A stretch of DNA of 35,848 nt from Sandaracinaceae bacterium. GTDB taxonomy: Bacteria; Myxococcota_A; Polyangia; Polyangiales; Sandaracinaceae. Under the pieces are notes generated by a model, which worked only from the letters and a program-made list of their open reading frames with translations, searched no databases and had not been told where the DNA came from. The stretch spans positions 1 through 35,848 of the forward strand of contig JBGAQA010000073.1 in the NCBI GenBank assembly GCA_044220955.1, read 5' to 3'. This document shows, one piece after another, positions 9,236 through 18,886 of this stretch. Position numbers and translations under genes: made by a program. Position 1 is the first letter of the stretch. Each line of letters starts with the position of its first letter.

Positions 9236-9270
9236 CGGCAAGCAGTGCGGAGCGCGCGCACCGTTTGCGC
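9236..9270. promoter_or_regulatory. tandem GCGCA-N5-TGCGC activator sites
   Basis: CGGCA-AGCAG-TGCGG (9236-9250, degenerate) and perfect GCGCA-CCGTT-TGCGC (9256-9270). Confidence 0.7.
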
Positions 9271-9300
9271 GCTCGCGCGGCGAACGCGGCGCCGTGGGGT

Positions 9301-9316
9301 GGGTGCGCGCGTTGCA
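9301..9316 (+). promoter_or_regulatory. sigma54 -24/-12 promoter for usp-ATPase
   Basis: GGGTGCGCGCGTTGCA = GG-N10-GC with perfect TTGCA, 24 nt before ATG 9340. Confidence 0.6.
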
Positions 9317-9339
9317 TCGACCGAGCGGGAGGCTGGGAC

Positions 9340-9903
9340 ATGGACAACGGACTGGACACCTATCGCGTCGTGGTCGGGCACGACCTCACGGCTGCCGGCA
9401 ACGAGGCCCTCGAGCAGGCGGTCGCGCTCGTGCGGCGGATTCCCGGCTCGGAGGTCCACGTCGTCCACGCCCTCTCGCGTCCGTCCCCCACGAACGTGGC
9501 GGGCAACGACCGCCGTCTCGAGGCGGCGCTCGGCGCGCTCAAGGCGCGCGTCCAGGCGGTCCTCGCGCGCGACCCGTCGGTCAAGGCCCGCGTCCACGTC
9601 CGCTTCGGCAAGGTCGCCGAGACGATCCTCGAGGTCGCCATCGACTACGACGCGGACGTCGTGCTGGTCGGCACCCACGGCCGTCGGGGGCTCGACCGTG
9701 TGGGACGACGCTCCGTCGCCGAGAAGCTCGTCCGCACCGCGCCGCTACCCGTGCTCGTCGCGCACGCCAAGGACTTCACCGGTCTTCCCCTGACGGCGCG
9801 GGCCCCGCGGTCGCACGCCGCCGAGGCTCACCCTCGCGCGCGCGCCCTCAGCGAGCTCGTCGTGCTCCCGGAGCACGGCTGGCACGCCTCGGGTGTGGCC
9901 TGA
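9340..9903 (+). CDS. universal stress protein (single USP domain)
   Basis: YRVVVGHDLT...ALEQA, VHVVH, GKVAETILEVA, ADVVLVGTHGRRG, SVAEKLVRTAPLPVLV. GGGAGG RBS. Confidence 0.9.
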   Translation: MDNGLDTYRVVVGHDLTAAGNEALEQAVALVRRIPGSEVHVVHALSRPSPTNVAGNDRRLEAALGALKARVQAVLARDPSVKARVHVRFGKVAETILEVAIDYDADVVLVGTHGRRGLDRVGRRSVAEKLVRTAPLPVLVAHAKDFTGLPLTARAPRSHAAEAHPRARALSELVVLPEHGWHASGVA

Positions 9904-10533
9904 ATGCAGTCTTCCCTCGCAGGGAACCGCGAGTGCCGCTGCGCCCGGCCGCACGTGCCGCGGCTCGTCGCCGTCACGGGCGGCCCGGGCGCGGGGAAGA
10001 CCGCGGTGCTCGAGGTGGCGCGCCGCATCTACTGCTCGCACGTGCTCGTCCTGCCGGAGTCCGCCACCATCGTGTACGGGGGCGGCTTCCCGCGCCTCGA
10101 CACGCCCGCGGCGAAGCGGCGCGCTCAGATCGCCATCGCGCACATCCAGGACCAGATGGAGCGCATCGAGCTGGACGAGGGCCGCGCAGGCCTCGTCATC
10201 TGCGACCGCGGCATCCTCGACGGCCTGGCGTACTGGCCCCACGACGAGACCAGCTACTTCCACGAGGTCCACCTCGGTCGCGCCGAGGCGCTCGCACGCT
10301 ACGCCGCGGTGCTGCACCTGCGGCCGCCCGCGGACGGGCACGGGTACGATCACGACAACCGCCTGCGCATCGAGACGGCGCGCGAAGCGGCCGACATCGA
10401 CGCGCGGATCGAGCGCGCCTACGCCGGCCACCCCGACCGGCACTTCGTGGACAGCACCGCCGACTTCATCGACAAGATCGCGACCGCGACGGCGATCCTC
10501 GATCGCTACGTGCCCGCGTGCTGTCGGAGCTGA
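9904..10533 (+). CDS. P-loop ATP-binding protein (AAA_28 / NadR-like kinase family)
   Basis: Walker A VAVTGGPGAGKT, 'LPESAT', 'ICDRGILDGLAYW', 'RIETAREA..ID'. Abuts the upstream stop (TGA ATG). Confidence 0.85.
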   Translation: MQSSLAGNRECRCARPHVPRLVAVTGGPGAGKTAVLEVARRIYCSHVLVLPESATIVYGGGFPRLDTPAAKRRAQIAIAHIQDQMERIELDEGRAGLVICDRGILDGLAYWPHDETSYFHEVHLGRAEALARYAAVLHLRPPADGHGYDHDNRLRIETAREAADIDARIERAYAGHPDRHFVDSTADFIDKIATATAILDRYVPACCRS

Positions 10534-11004
10534 TCACTTCTTCGCGTCCTTCGGGCGCGGCACGGTGAGCACCGGGACCGGGCAGGTCCTGACCACCCGC
10601 TCCGCGACGCTCCCGAGCACGAGGTGCGAGAGCCCGGTGCGCCCGTGCGTGCCCATGACCACGAGGTCGGCCGAGAGCTCCTCGACCGCGCGCACGACCT
10701 CGATCGCCGGCAGCCCCTCTCGCACGCGTCCCGAGGGCTCCACGCCCCGACCCCGGTACTTCGCGACCAGCGCGTCGAGCTGCCCCTTCAGCGCGTCCTC
10801 CACGCGCATCATCACGTCCACGTTGAACGTCAGCGCGCCGTCCGGCACGGCGTAGACCGGGATCTCCCACGCGTGGAGGAAGTGGACCGGCACCTCGAGC
10901 CGTCTGGCGAGATCCACCGCGTAGTCGGCGGCGTGATCCGAGCAAGGCGAGAAGTCGACCGGGCAGAGGATGCGCGTGATGCGAGACATGAGCTCAGCCT
11001 TCAT
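10534..11004 (-). CDS. universal stress protein (single USP domain)
   Basis: RILCPVDFSPCSDHA, FLHAW, ADLVVMGTHGRTGLSHLVLGSVAERVVRTCPVPVLTV. Start is the ATGA overlap at 11004 or ATG 10989. Confidence 0.93.
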   Translation of the reverse strand: MKAELMSRITRILCPVDFSPCSDHAADYAVDLARRLEVPVHFLHAWEIPVYAVPDGALTFNVDVMMRVEDALKGQLDALVAKYRGRGVEPSGRVREGLPAIEVVRAVEELSADLVVMGTHGRTGLSHLVLGSVAERVVRTCPVPVLTVPRPKDAKK

Positions 11005-11888
11005 TCCGAGACGGGGACCCGCGCCACCAGCACCGGTACGTGGCTCGCGCGGGTGACGCGCTCCGCGACACTGCCGAGCAAGAAGTGGTCGACGCCGGTC
11101 TTGCCCGTCGTCCCGACGACGACGAGATCGGCTTCGACCTCCGTCGCGGCGCGCAGGATCTCGACGTCCGGCACCCCGCGCCGCAGGTGCCGCAGGAGCG
11201 TCCGCCCCGGCGTCTCGTGCCGGTGCGCCGTGGCGTCGAGCTCGCGGCCCATGTCGCGCTCGATCGACTCGAGCAGCTCGGGCATGCGCGCGACGTAGGG
11301 TGCGACGTGCCACGCGTGGACGACGTGCAGCCGCGCGTCGTGGGCGCGCGAGATCGCGCTCGCCCGCTGCAGCGCGAGCCCCGAGGGTGGCGCGAAGTCC
11401 AGCGCACAGACGACGTTCCGGATCCGGGTGCGCGCCGGCGCGTGCTCGCCCGGCGCCGGGACGACCAGCACGTCGAGGCCGCTGGTGCGCACGACGCGCT
11501 CCGCGGTGCTGCCGAGCAGGAACCGGGGAAGGACGCCGCGACCGGTCGCGCCGACCGCGATCCGCGTGCAGTCGCGCGCCTTCGCCTCCGCCACGATGGC
11601 GCTCGCGGGCGCGCCCTCGACGACGTGCGGGTGGACCGCGACCGGGCCGTGCGCGTGGCGCTCGACGGCCTTGCGCAGCGCCTCCTCGTGCTCGGCGCGC
11701 AGGCGTGCGTCGAAGTCGGCCGCGAGGACGGCTTCACCCGACAACACGGGCGTTCTCGGGAGCGAGATCGCGTGCACCGCGTGGACGATGGGCTCGTGCT
11801 CCTTGCTCGCGAGCACGACTGCGAACTCCAGCGCCGCGAGCGAAGCGGGGGAGAAGTCGATGGCGGTGAGGGTGCGTGAAGCGGTCAT
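11001..11888 (-). CDS. tandem-domain universal stress protein
   Basis: Two USP domains, each with xDFS/DFA and G..G.....LLGS.AERV.R motifs. Confidence 0.93.
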   Translation of the reverse strand: MTASRTLTAIDFSPASLAALEFAVVLASKEHEPIVHAVHAISLPRTPVLSGEAVLAADFDARLRAEHEEALRKAVERHAHGPVAVHPHVVEGAPASAIVAEAKARDCTRIAVGATGRGVLPRFLLGSTAERVVRTSGLDVLVVPAPGEHAPARTRIRNVVCALDFAPPSGLALQRASAISRAHDARLHVVHAWHVAPYVARMPELLESIERDMGRELDATAHRHETPGRTLLRHLRRGVPDVEILRAATEVEADLVVVGTTGKTGVDHFLLGSVAERVTRASHVPVLVARVPVSE

Positions 11889-11915
11889 GGAAGGATCCTC
11901 TCCGAGATCGACACC

Positions 11916-12314
11916 TCAGAAACCACGGACGTCGTCGAGCACCAGATGGCGCAAGAGCAGATGCAGCGCGTCCGTCGTGGTGAAGATGCCGACCACCTTA
12001 CCCGCTTCGACCACGATGGCCGACCCCAGCTTGCGTGCCGCCATCGCGGCGACGACGTCCTTCAGATCTTCGTCCGTGTGAACGACGAAGGGCTCGGGCG
12101 TCATCACGTCACCGACCAGGACGTGCTCGCCCTTCGCGACCGACTCGACGAGGCGCGCATCGCGATCGCTCAGCAGCCCGACGAGCTGGGCGCCCGAGAG
12201 GACCGGGAGGTGGCGCACCTGGGCTCGACGCATGCGGCGGTTGGCCTCGTCGATCGATTGCTCCGCGCCGATCGTCTCGGGCGCCGGGGTCATCAGCTCG
12301 CGTACGCTCGTCAT
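11916..12314 (-). CDS. CBS-domain pair protein
   Basis: VRELMTPAP...VRHLPV...LVGLLSDRD and VGDVMTPEP...GSAIVVE.GKVVGIFTTTD. GGGGAGA RBS. Confidence 0.92.
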   Translation of the reverse strand: MTSVRELMTPAPETIGAEQSIDEANRRMRRAQVRHLPVLSGAQLVGLLSDRDARLVESVAKGEHVLVGDVMTPEPFVVHTDEDLKDVVAAMAARKLGSAIVVEAGKVVGIFTTTDALHLLLRHLVLDDVRGF

Positions 12315-12338
12315 TCGTCGTCTCCCCGCGCGGGCGGC

Positions 12339-12354
12339 TGCACCGTCCGTTCCA
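12339..12354 (-). promoter_or_regulatory. sigma54 promoter for the CBS-usp-usp operon
   Basis: Minus strand TGGAACGGACGGTGCA (consensus TGGCACG-N4-TTGCW). Confidence 0.8.
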
Positions 12355-12405
12355 AGGGCACGATCCCCTCTGCGCAGGCCGCCGGGGGCGCGGCGCCGGA
12401 GGGCG

Positions 12406-12442
12406 GCGCAGTTCGTGCGCCCGGCACGCGCAGAATCTGCGC
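12406..12442. promoter_or_regulatory. two perfect GCGCA-N5-TGCGC sites shared by divergent sigma54 promoters
   Basis: GCGCA-GTTCG-TGCGC (12406-12420) and GCGCA-GAATC-TGCGC (12428-12442), 22 bp apart. Confidence 0.8.
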
Positions 12443-12483
12443 CCAGCCGCCGCGAAACGCCGGCGAACGGGGGGGATCGTCGG

Positions 12484-12499
12484 TGGCACGTGCCTCGCT
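12484..12499 (+). promoter_or_regulatory. sigma54 promoter for the sigma70-usp-HK(-ntrC) operon
   Basis: TGGCACGTGCCTCGCT, with a perfect -24 box and GG-N10-GC spacing. Confidence 0.8.
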
Positions 12500-12526
12500 T
12501 GGGCCCGCGTCGGAGGGTCCGACCCG

Positions 12527-13336
12527 ATGCCCACGACACCGACGAAGTCGCTCGACGCGCGCACGCCCCGCAGCGAGCCCCCGATGCTCGAGGCCGAGCG
12601 CGAGCGGGATCTCCTGGCGCTCGCCCAGGGGGGTGATCGTGCCGCGCAGAGCGAGCTCGTGTCGGCCCACCTCCGGCTCGTGCGCGCGGTCGCGCGCCGC
12701 GTGACGCACTCGCCGACCGAGGACGCCATCGCGGAGGGCGTCGTGGGCCTGCTCGAGGCGATCCAGCGCTTCGACGCGTCGCGCGGCTGCCGGCTGGCGA
12801 CGTACGCGGCGCACTGGATCCGCGCGAGGGTTCAGCGATTCGTGCTGTCCAACCGCGGCATCGTGGGCTCCCCCGACACGCGCGCCTCGCGCCGCGTCTT
12901 CGGGCGCCTCGCGCGCGTCCAGCGCGTCCTCGCGACACGCACGAGCCGCCCCGGGCTCGACGAGATCGCCGAGGAGATCGGCGTGCACGTCTCCGACGTC
13001 GAGGGCGTGATGTCGACGCTGCGCGGGCGCGACGTGCCGATCGACACGACGCGGGACGCGGGCGCCGAAGAGGTGTGGATCTCCGAGGGCCCGGAGGATC
13101 GCTTCGCGGAGGCCGAGCTGGCCGAGGCGCGTCGCCGCGTGATCGCGGGGGTCCTCGCGTTGCTCCCCGAGCGTGAGCGTCGCGTGGTGCAGGAGCGGGC
13201 GCTGGCCGAGGACGGCGCGACGCTCGATCAGCTCGCGATCACGCTGGACCTCTCTCGCGAGCGCGTTCGGCAGCTCGAGGTCCGCGCGCTGCGCCGGATC
13301 GGCGATGCGCTCGTGGTCGAGGGCCTCGCTGCGTGA
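12527..13336 (+). CDS. sigma-70 family RNA polymerase sigma factor, RpoH/sigma32-like
   Basis: LVSAHLRLVRAVARR, EGVVGLLEAIQRFDASRGCRLATYAAHWIRA, degenerate RpoH box (ASRRVFGRL), region 4 LPERERRV...TLDQLA..LDLSRERVRQLEVRAL. GGAGG RBS. Confidence 0.9.
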   Translation: MPTTPTKSLDARTPRSEPPMLEAERERDLLALAQGGDRAAQSELVSAHLRLVRAVARRVTHSPTEDAIAEGVVGLLEAIQRFDASRGCRLATYAAHWIRARVQRFVLSNRGIVGSPDTRASRRVFGRLARVQRVLATRTSRPGLDEIAEEIGVHVSDVEGVMSTLRGRDVPIDTTRDAGAEEVWISEGPEDRFAEAELAEARRRVIAGVLALLPERERRVVQERALAEDGATLDQLAITLDLSRERVRQLEVRALRRIGDALVVEGLAA

Positions 13337-14187
13337 GCCCATCGTCGCTGCGACCCGACACGATCTACGTCGGCGTCGACGGTAGCGAAGGCGACGCGCA
13401 GGTCGCCGAGGTGGCGCTCGACGTCGCGCGGGATCTGGGTGCGAAGCTCGTGCTCGTGCGCGCGATCGATCGCGGCGCCGACGACGACACGGCGACCCCC
13501 GCCACACTGGCCCACGTGGCGCTGGCGGAGCGCGTCCACGAGCGAACGCGCGAGGCGGAGAGGCTCCTCGAGTCGCTCCGGTCGCGGCTCGTCGCGCGTG
13601 CCGGGGGGAGCGTCGCGGTCGAGGCACGCCTCGTCGACGGCCACCCCTTCGAGGCGCTGATCGAGGCGGCTGCCGCGGGGGCGAGCACGTGGATCGCCGT
13701 GGGCGCGCGGCGCACGACCCGCGTGCTCGGGCGGACGGTCGACCTCGTGCTGAGGCGCGCGAGCCGGCCGGTCCTGGTCGTCCCGGACGCTGGCTCCTGG
13801 GGCGCGGGTCCGGTGCTCGCGGCGATCGACGCGGGCGAGCTCGACGGCGCGGTGCTCGGCGTCGCCGATGGGCTCGCGCGTACCCTCTCCCGGCGCCTCG
13901 GCATCACGCACGTGCGCACCAGCGGCGACGACTCCGCGATGCTCCGAGTCACGGAGCACACCCGCGAAGTGGCGGCCGGCATCGCCGCGAGCGCGACCAT
14001 CAGCGTCATGCGCGTCGAGCGCTCGATCGCGCAGACGCTCGCCGATCACGCGCGCCGCACCGGAACCGCGCTGCTCGTCGTCGGCACCCACGGACGTCGT
14101 GGCGTCGAGCGCTGGGTGCTCGGCAGCACGGCGGAGGCGCTGGTCCACGAGTCGCCGGTTCCCTTCCTCGTGGTGCGCGCCCCATGA
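13333..14187 (+). CDS. tandem-domain universal stress protein
   Basis: IYVGVDGSE...; LLVVGTHGRRGVERWVLGSTAEALVHESPVPFLVV. GTGA overlap with the sigma stop. Confidence 0.88.
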   Translation: MSPSSLRPDTIYVGVDGSEGDAQVAEVALDVARDLGAKLVLVRAIDRGADDDTATPATLAHVALAERVHERTREAERLLESLRSRLVARAGGSVAVEARLVDGHPFEALIEAAAAGASTWIAVGARRTTRVLGRTVDLVLRRASRPVLVVPDAGSWGAGPVLAAIDAGELDGAVLGVADGLARTLSRRLGITHVRTSGDDSAMLRVTEHTREVAAGIAASATISVMRVERSIAQTLADHARRTGTALLVVGTHGRRGVERWVLGSTAEALVHESPVPFLVVRAP

Positions 14188-14891
14188 CCCTCGTGCGGGC
14201 GCCGAGCCGAAGCCTCGAGGCGACGCGCACGCTGACGGCCGGGCTCGCCCACGAGATCCGGAATCCGCTCCACGGAGCCCTCTTGCACACGCGCGTCCTC
14301 GAGCGCGAGCTCGCGGGCGCGCCCGTGTCGGCTGGCGCGCGCGCGTCGGTCCGCACGATCGAGCACGAGCTCCGGCGCATCGCGGCGTTCCTCGACGAGT
14401 TCGTGGAGTTCGCGCGGCCCCAGCCCCTGGTCCTCGAGCGCGTCTCGCTCGAGCGGATCTGCCGGAGGGCGGCCGAGGTCACGGGACCGCTCGCCGAGCG
14501 CGCCGGGGTGTCGGTCGACGTCGCGCTCGCGTCGGGCGACCTCGAGGTGGACGCGGACCGCGAGCGCCTCTGCATGGCGATCGCGAACCTCGTCACGAAC
14601 GCGATCGAGTCGATCGCCGCCTCCGGCCGGCCGGGTCGAGTGATCGTGCGCGTGCGCAGCGCGGGCGTGTCCGCGTGCGTGGAGGTCGAGGACGACGGAC
14701 CGGGCCTGCGTGACGAGGGCGCGCGCATCTTCGACGTCTTCTTCTCGACCAAGCCCGACGGCACGGGGCTGGGCCTGCCAGTCGCGCATCGCATCGTGTG
14801 CGATCACGGCGGCGAAGTGGTCGTGGAGGCGCAGCCCGGGGCGACCGTGTTCCGGGTCTTGCTCCCGCCGCCGTCCGAGGCGGCCACCTGA
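14184..14891 (+). CDS. histidine kinase (HisKA + HATPase only, no sensor domain)
   Basis: [12 protein letters not shown]-box about 20 aa from the start, [10 protein letters not shown]-box, [26 protein letters not shown] overlap with the USP stop. Confidence 0.88.
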   Translation: MTLVRAPSRSLEATRTLTAGLAHEIRNPLHGALLHTRVLERELAGAPVSAGARASVRTIEHELRRIAAFLDEFVEFARPQPLVLERVSLERICRRAAEVTGPLAERAGVSVDVALASGDLEVDADRERLCMAIANLVTNAIESIAASGRPGRVIVRVRSAGVSACVEVEDDGPGLRDEGARIFDVFFSTKPDGTGLGLPVAHRIVCDHGGEVVVEAQPGATVFRVLLPPPSEAAT

Positions 14892-14944
14892 ACCATCCCC
14901 GGTGTCCGCGGGTCGGGGTAGGCTCGCGGCGAGGTGAACTCCAC

Positions 14945-16330
<1,386 letters not shown>

Positions 16331-16351
16331 GCGCTCGGTGCCCCGCTCGGT

Positions 16352-16447
16352 TCATGGCCCCTGCTGCCCGATGCCGTCCCCGTCGCAGTCGGCGTAGTAC
16401 GTCCGCTCGCTCGCGACGTGCGGGTCCAGGGTGAGCGGCTTCCCGAG
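16352..16447 (-). pseudogene. coding-like remnant LGKPLTLDPHVASERTYYADCDGDGIGQQGP*
   Basis: 30 consecutive codons end in G/C. The YYxDxDGDGxG motif resembles myxobacterial MopE-related/metal-binding repeats. No canonical in-frame start lies in the intergenic space. Confidence 0.4.
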
Positions 16448-16546
16448 AAGCGACGCCCGCCGCGGGCACGATCCGGCCGCCGGATGAGACGTGCCGTGTG
16501 CCTCGCGAGGCGAGCGGTCGCGAGCCGAGGCGGAGCTGGGGGTGAG

Positions 16547-16598
16547 CGAGATCCGGCTCTGCCGGTCTCGCGAGGGGCGCGCCCAGCGCCCCTGAAAA
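16547..16598 (-). repeat. REP-like two-hairpin intergenic element, copy 2
   Basis: Minus strand right after the ccoG stop: TTTTC-AGGGGCGCTGGGCGCGCCCCT-CGCGAGA-CCGGCAGAGCCGG-ATCTCG. Confidence 0.6.
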
Positions 16599-18023
16599 TC
16601 AGCGCGGGCCGAGGAGCTGCGCCGTCTCGCGCAGCTCGACGTGATCGCCCTCGTCCTCGGCGCTCGCCGTGATCGTGAGGAGCGCACCGTCCACGAACGC
16701 CGCGCGCGGGCCGACCGCGATCACCGTCATCGGGTGGTTCTCGAGCGGGTCGAGCGCCAGGTCGCCCTCGAGGCTCACCTCGACACCCTCGGGGGCCTGC
16801 GCCGCGAGGTGAAGGGTCAGCGGGTGGTCCTGCTTGTTGATCACGTGCAGCTCGAACGTGTTGCGGATGGTGTCGCCGTCCGCGATGTACGGCATGCCGC
16901 GCATGCGCACGAGGTTGGCCTCGAAGGGCGTGCGGCTGCGCAGGGCGAAGAACGCGACCGTCGCGCCGAGCAGGCCCATCCCGACGTAGGCGAAGACACG
17001 GGGACGCAGCCAGTGGCGCTTCTCGCCGCGCAGCGAGCGCAGTGAGTCCCAGCGCACCAGGCCGCGCGGCTGCTTGAGCTTGTCCATCACGTCGTCGCAA
17101 GCGTCGATGCACTGCGTGCAGCCGATGCAGTCGAGCTGCAGGCCGTTGCGGATGTCGATGCCCGTCGGGCAGACGACGACGCAGCGGTCGCAGTCCACGC
17201 ACGAGCCGTGGCCCGCGCGATCCTTGCCCTTGCCGCGCGGCTCGCCGCGGAGCGCGTCGTAGCCGACGACCATCGTGTCGTCGTCGGTGAGGATCGACTG
17301 CAGTCGCCCGTACGGACAGACGATCAGGCAGAGCTGCTCGCGGAACCACGCGAAGTTGCCGTAGAGGAGCGCGGTCATCACGACGACCCAGGCGAACGCC
17401 GTCGGATGCTCGGCGGGGCTCGAGCGCACCATGACGAGCAGGGACGGAATCGACACGAAGAGCGCGAGGAACGCGTGCGCGACCAGGAGCGCGGCCACGA
17501 CGAAGAGGGCGTGCTTGAGGATCTTCTTGCCCCAGAAGCGCCCGTCGCGCGGGCCCGCGTTGAGCCGCATCCGCTCGTTGCGGGGGCCCTCGATGAGCCG
17601 CTCGATCGGGCGGAACACACCCTCGAGGAACACCGTCTGCGGGCACGCCCACGCGCACCACACGCGGCCGAGGACGGTCGTGACGAAGAGCAGCGCGAAG
17701 AGCAGCCCGCTCGCGAGGAAGAACGCGAGCCAGAAGTCCTGCGCGTTGTAGGCGCTCCCGAAGAGGAAGAAGCGACGCTCCGGCACGTCGAGGAAGAGGG
17801 CCGGCCGGCCCGCGATGCGGATCCAGGGCAGGAACACGAGGATCACCCCGAGCACCGCGAACACGACGTGACGCGCGCGCGTGAAGCGCCCGCGCACGTC
17901 GGCCGGATGGACGATCTCGCGACCGCCGTCGCTCCGGAGCGACGAGCGGCCCTGCGTCACGGGCAGGTGGTGCTTGCCGTCCGCGCTCGCGATCGGGACC
18001 TTCTCACCCGGGCGGGACGGCAT
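16599..18023 (-). CDS. ccoG: cbb3 oxidase accessory protein CcoG (FixG; cupric reductase, 4Fe-4S)
   Basis: GRVWCAWACPQTVF, FREQLCLIVCPYGRLQS, CVDCDRCVVVCPTGIDIRNGLQLDCIGCTQCIDACD. Confidence 0.96.
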   Translation of the reverse strand: MPSRPGEKVPIASADGKHHLPVTQGRSSLRSDGGREIVHPADVRGRFTRARHVVFAVLGVILVFLPWIRIAGRPALFLDVPERRFFLFGSAYNAQDFWLAFFLASGLLFALLFVTTVLGRVWCAWACPQTVFLEGVFRPIERLIEGPRNERMRLNAGPRDGRFWGKKILKHALFVVAALLVAHAFLALFVSIPSLLVMVRSSPAEHPTAFAWVVVMTALLYGNFAWFREQLCLIVCPYGRLQSILTDDDTMVVGYDALRGEPRGKGKDRAGHGSCVDCDRCVVVCPTGIDIRNGLQLDCIGCTQCIDACDDVMDKLKQPRGLVRWDSLRSLRGEKRHWLRPRVFAYVGMGLLGATVAFFALRSRTPFEANLVRMRGMPYIADGDTIRNTFELHVINKQDHPLTLHLAAQAPEGVEVSLEGDLALDPLENHPMTVIAVGPRAAFVDGALLTITASAEDEGDHVELRETAQLLGPR

Positions 18024-18684
18024 CGGTGCTCGGGCCCTCCGAGCCGGGCTCGCTGCTGGGGGGAGGCGGCGCCACGCCTTCGGAGCCCGTGCCCGGCGGC
18101 GTGGCCGGCGCAGCGGCGGGAGCGGCGCCCGGGACGTAGACCTCGCCCTCGGCCGGCCGGCCCTGCACGTTCGTGTCGCGCACGGTCAGCAGGAACGCGA
18201 CCACGGCCTGAAGCGAGCGGTCGCCGAGCACCGGGCCCCACTGGGGCATCCCTCGGGCGCTGACGCCGTCGCGGACGGTCGCGAAGACGTCCGTCGGAGC
18301 GCCGCCGTGGATCCAGCGGTCGTCGGTGAGGTTCGGGCCGATGTTGCCCTGCGCCTGGTCGCCGTGGCAGACGACGCAGTTCGCGACGAAGACGTCGTGC
18401 CCGCTCGCGACGGTCGTCGCGTCCTGGGAGAGCGTCACGAGGACGTCGTCCGTCATCTCGCCGCCCGCCGTCGCGCGCTCCGACATCTCCGCCGCGTAGA
18501 TCTCGCGGGTATCGGGGGCCAGCTGCCAGTTCTCGTACACCTGGTAGTAGCCGAGCGCGAAGACGACGGTCCCGAAGAAGGTCGCGAGCCACCATCGCGG
18601 GAGCTGGTTGTCCGCCTCCTCGATCCCGTCGTACTCGTGGACGATCTCGCCCTGGATCGGGTCGTGTTTGCGCGTCTCGCTCAT
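18004..18684 (-). CDS. ccoP: cbb3-type cytochrome c oxidase subunit III, single heme
   Basis: HEYDGIEEADNQLPRWW N-terminal domain, one CVVCH, GPNLTD..WIHGG, GMPQWG. Confidence 0.93.
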   Translation of the reverse strand: MSETRKHDPIQGEIVHEYDGIEEADNQLPRWWLATFFGTVVFALGYYQVYENWQLAPDTREIYAAEMSERATAGGEMTDDVLVTLSQDATTVASGHDVFVANCVVCHGDQAQGNIGPNLTDDRWIHGGAPTDVFATVRDGVSARGMPQWGPVLGDRSLQAVVAFLLTVRDTNVQGRPAEGEVYVPGAAPAAAPATPPGTGSEGVAPPPPSSEPGSEGPSTDAVPPG

Positions 18685-18884
18685 CGCGTCTCTCCATCGT
18701 TGGCGGCGGTGCGGGGGGTCTCGTCCGAGAGCGGAAGCGCCGCATCGCGGGACCAGTCGGCCGGCCTCGAGCGCAGGACGCGCACCGTCACGGCCGCGAA
18801 CACCAGGAAGAAGAGCACCAGCGCGACGAGCGGTCCGGCCATCGCCGGGCTGGCCTCGAAGAACCCGTGGGCGATGTCTCGCAT
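18681..18884 (-). CDS. ccoQ: cbb3-type oxidase subunit IV (CcoQ-like)
   Basis: MRDIAHGFFEASPAMAGPLVALVLFFLVFAAVTVRVL...AALPLSDE, positioned between ccoNO and ccoP. Confidence 0.8.
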   Translation of the reverse strand: MRDIAHGFFEASPAMAGPLVALVLFFLVFAAVTVRVLRSRPADWSRDAALPLSDETPRTAANDGETR

Positions 18885-18886
18885 GC

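Noticed and set aside
12407..12422. Minus-strand GG-N10-GC (GGGCGCACGAACTGCG) as a promoter
   Set aside because: It coincides with the enhancer palindrome, and a much better -24/-12 exists at 12339-12354.
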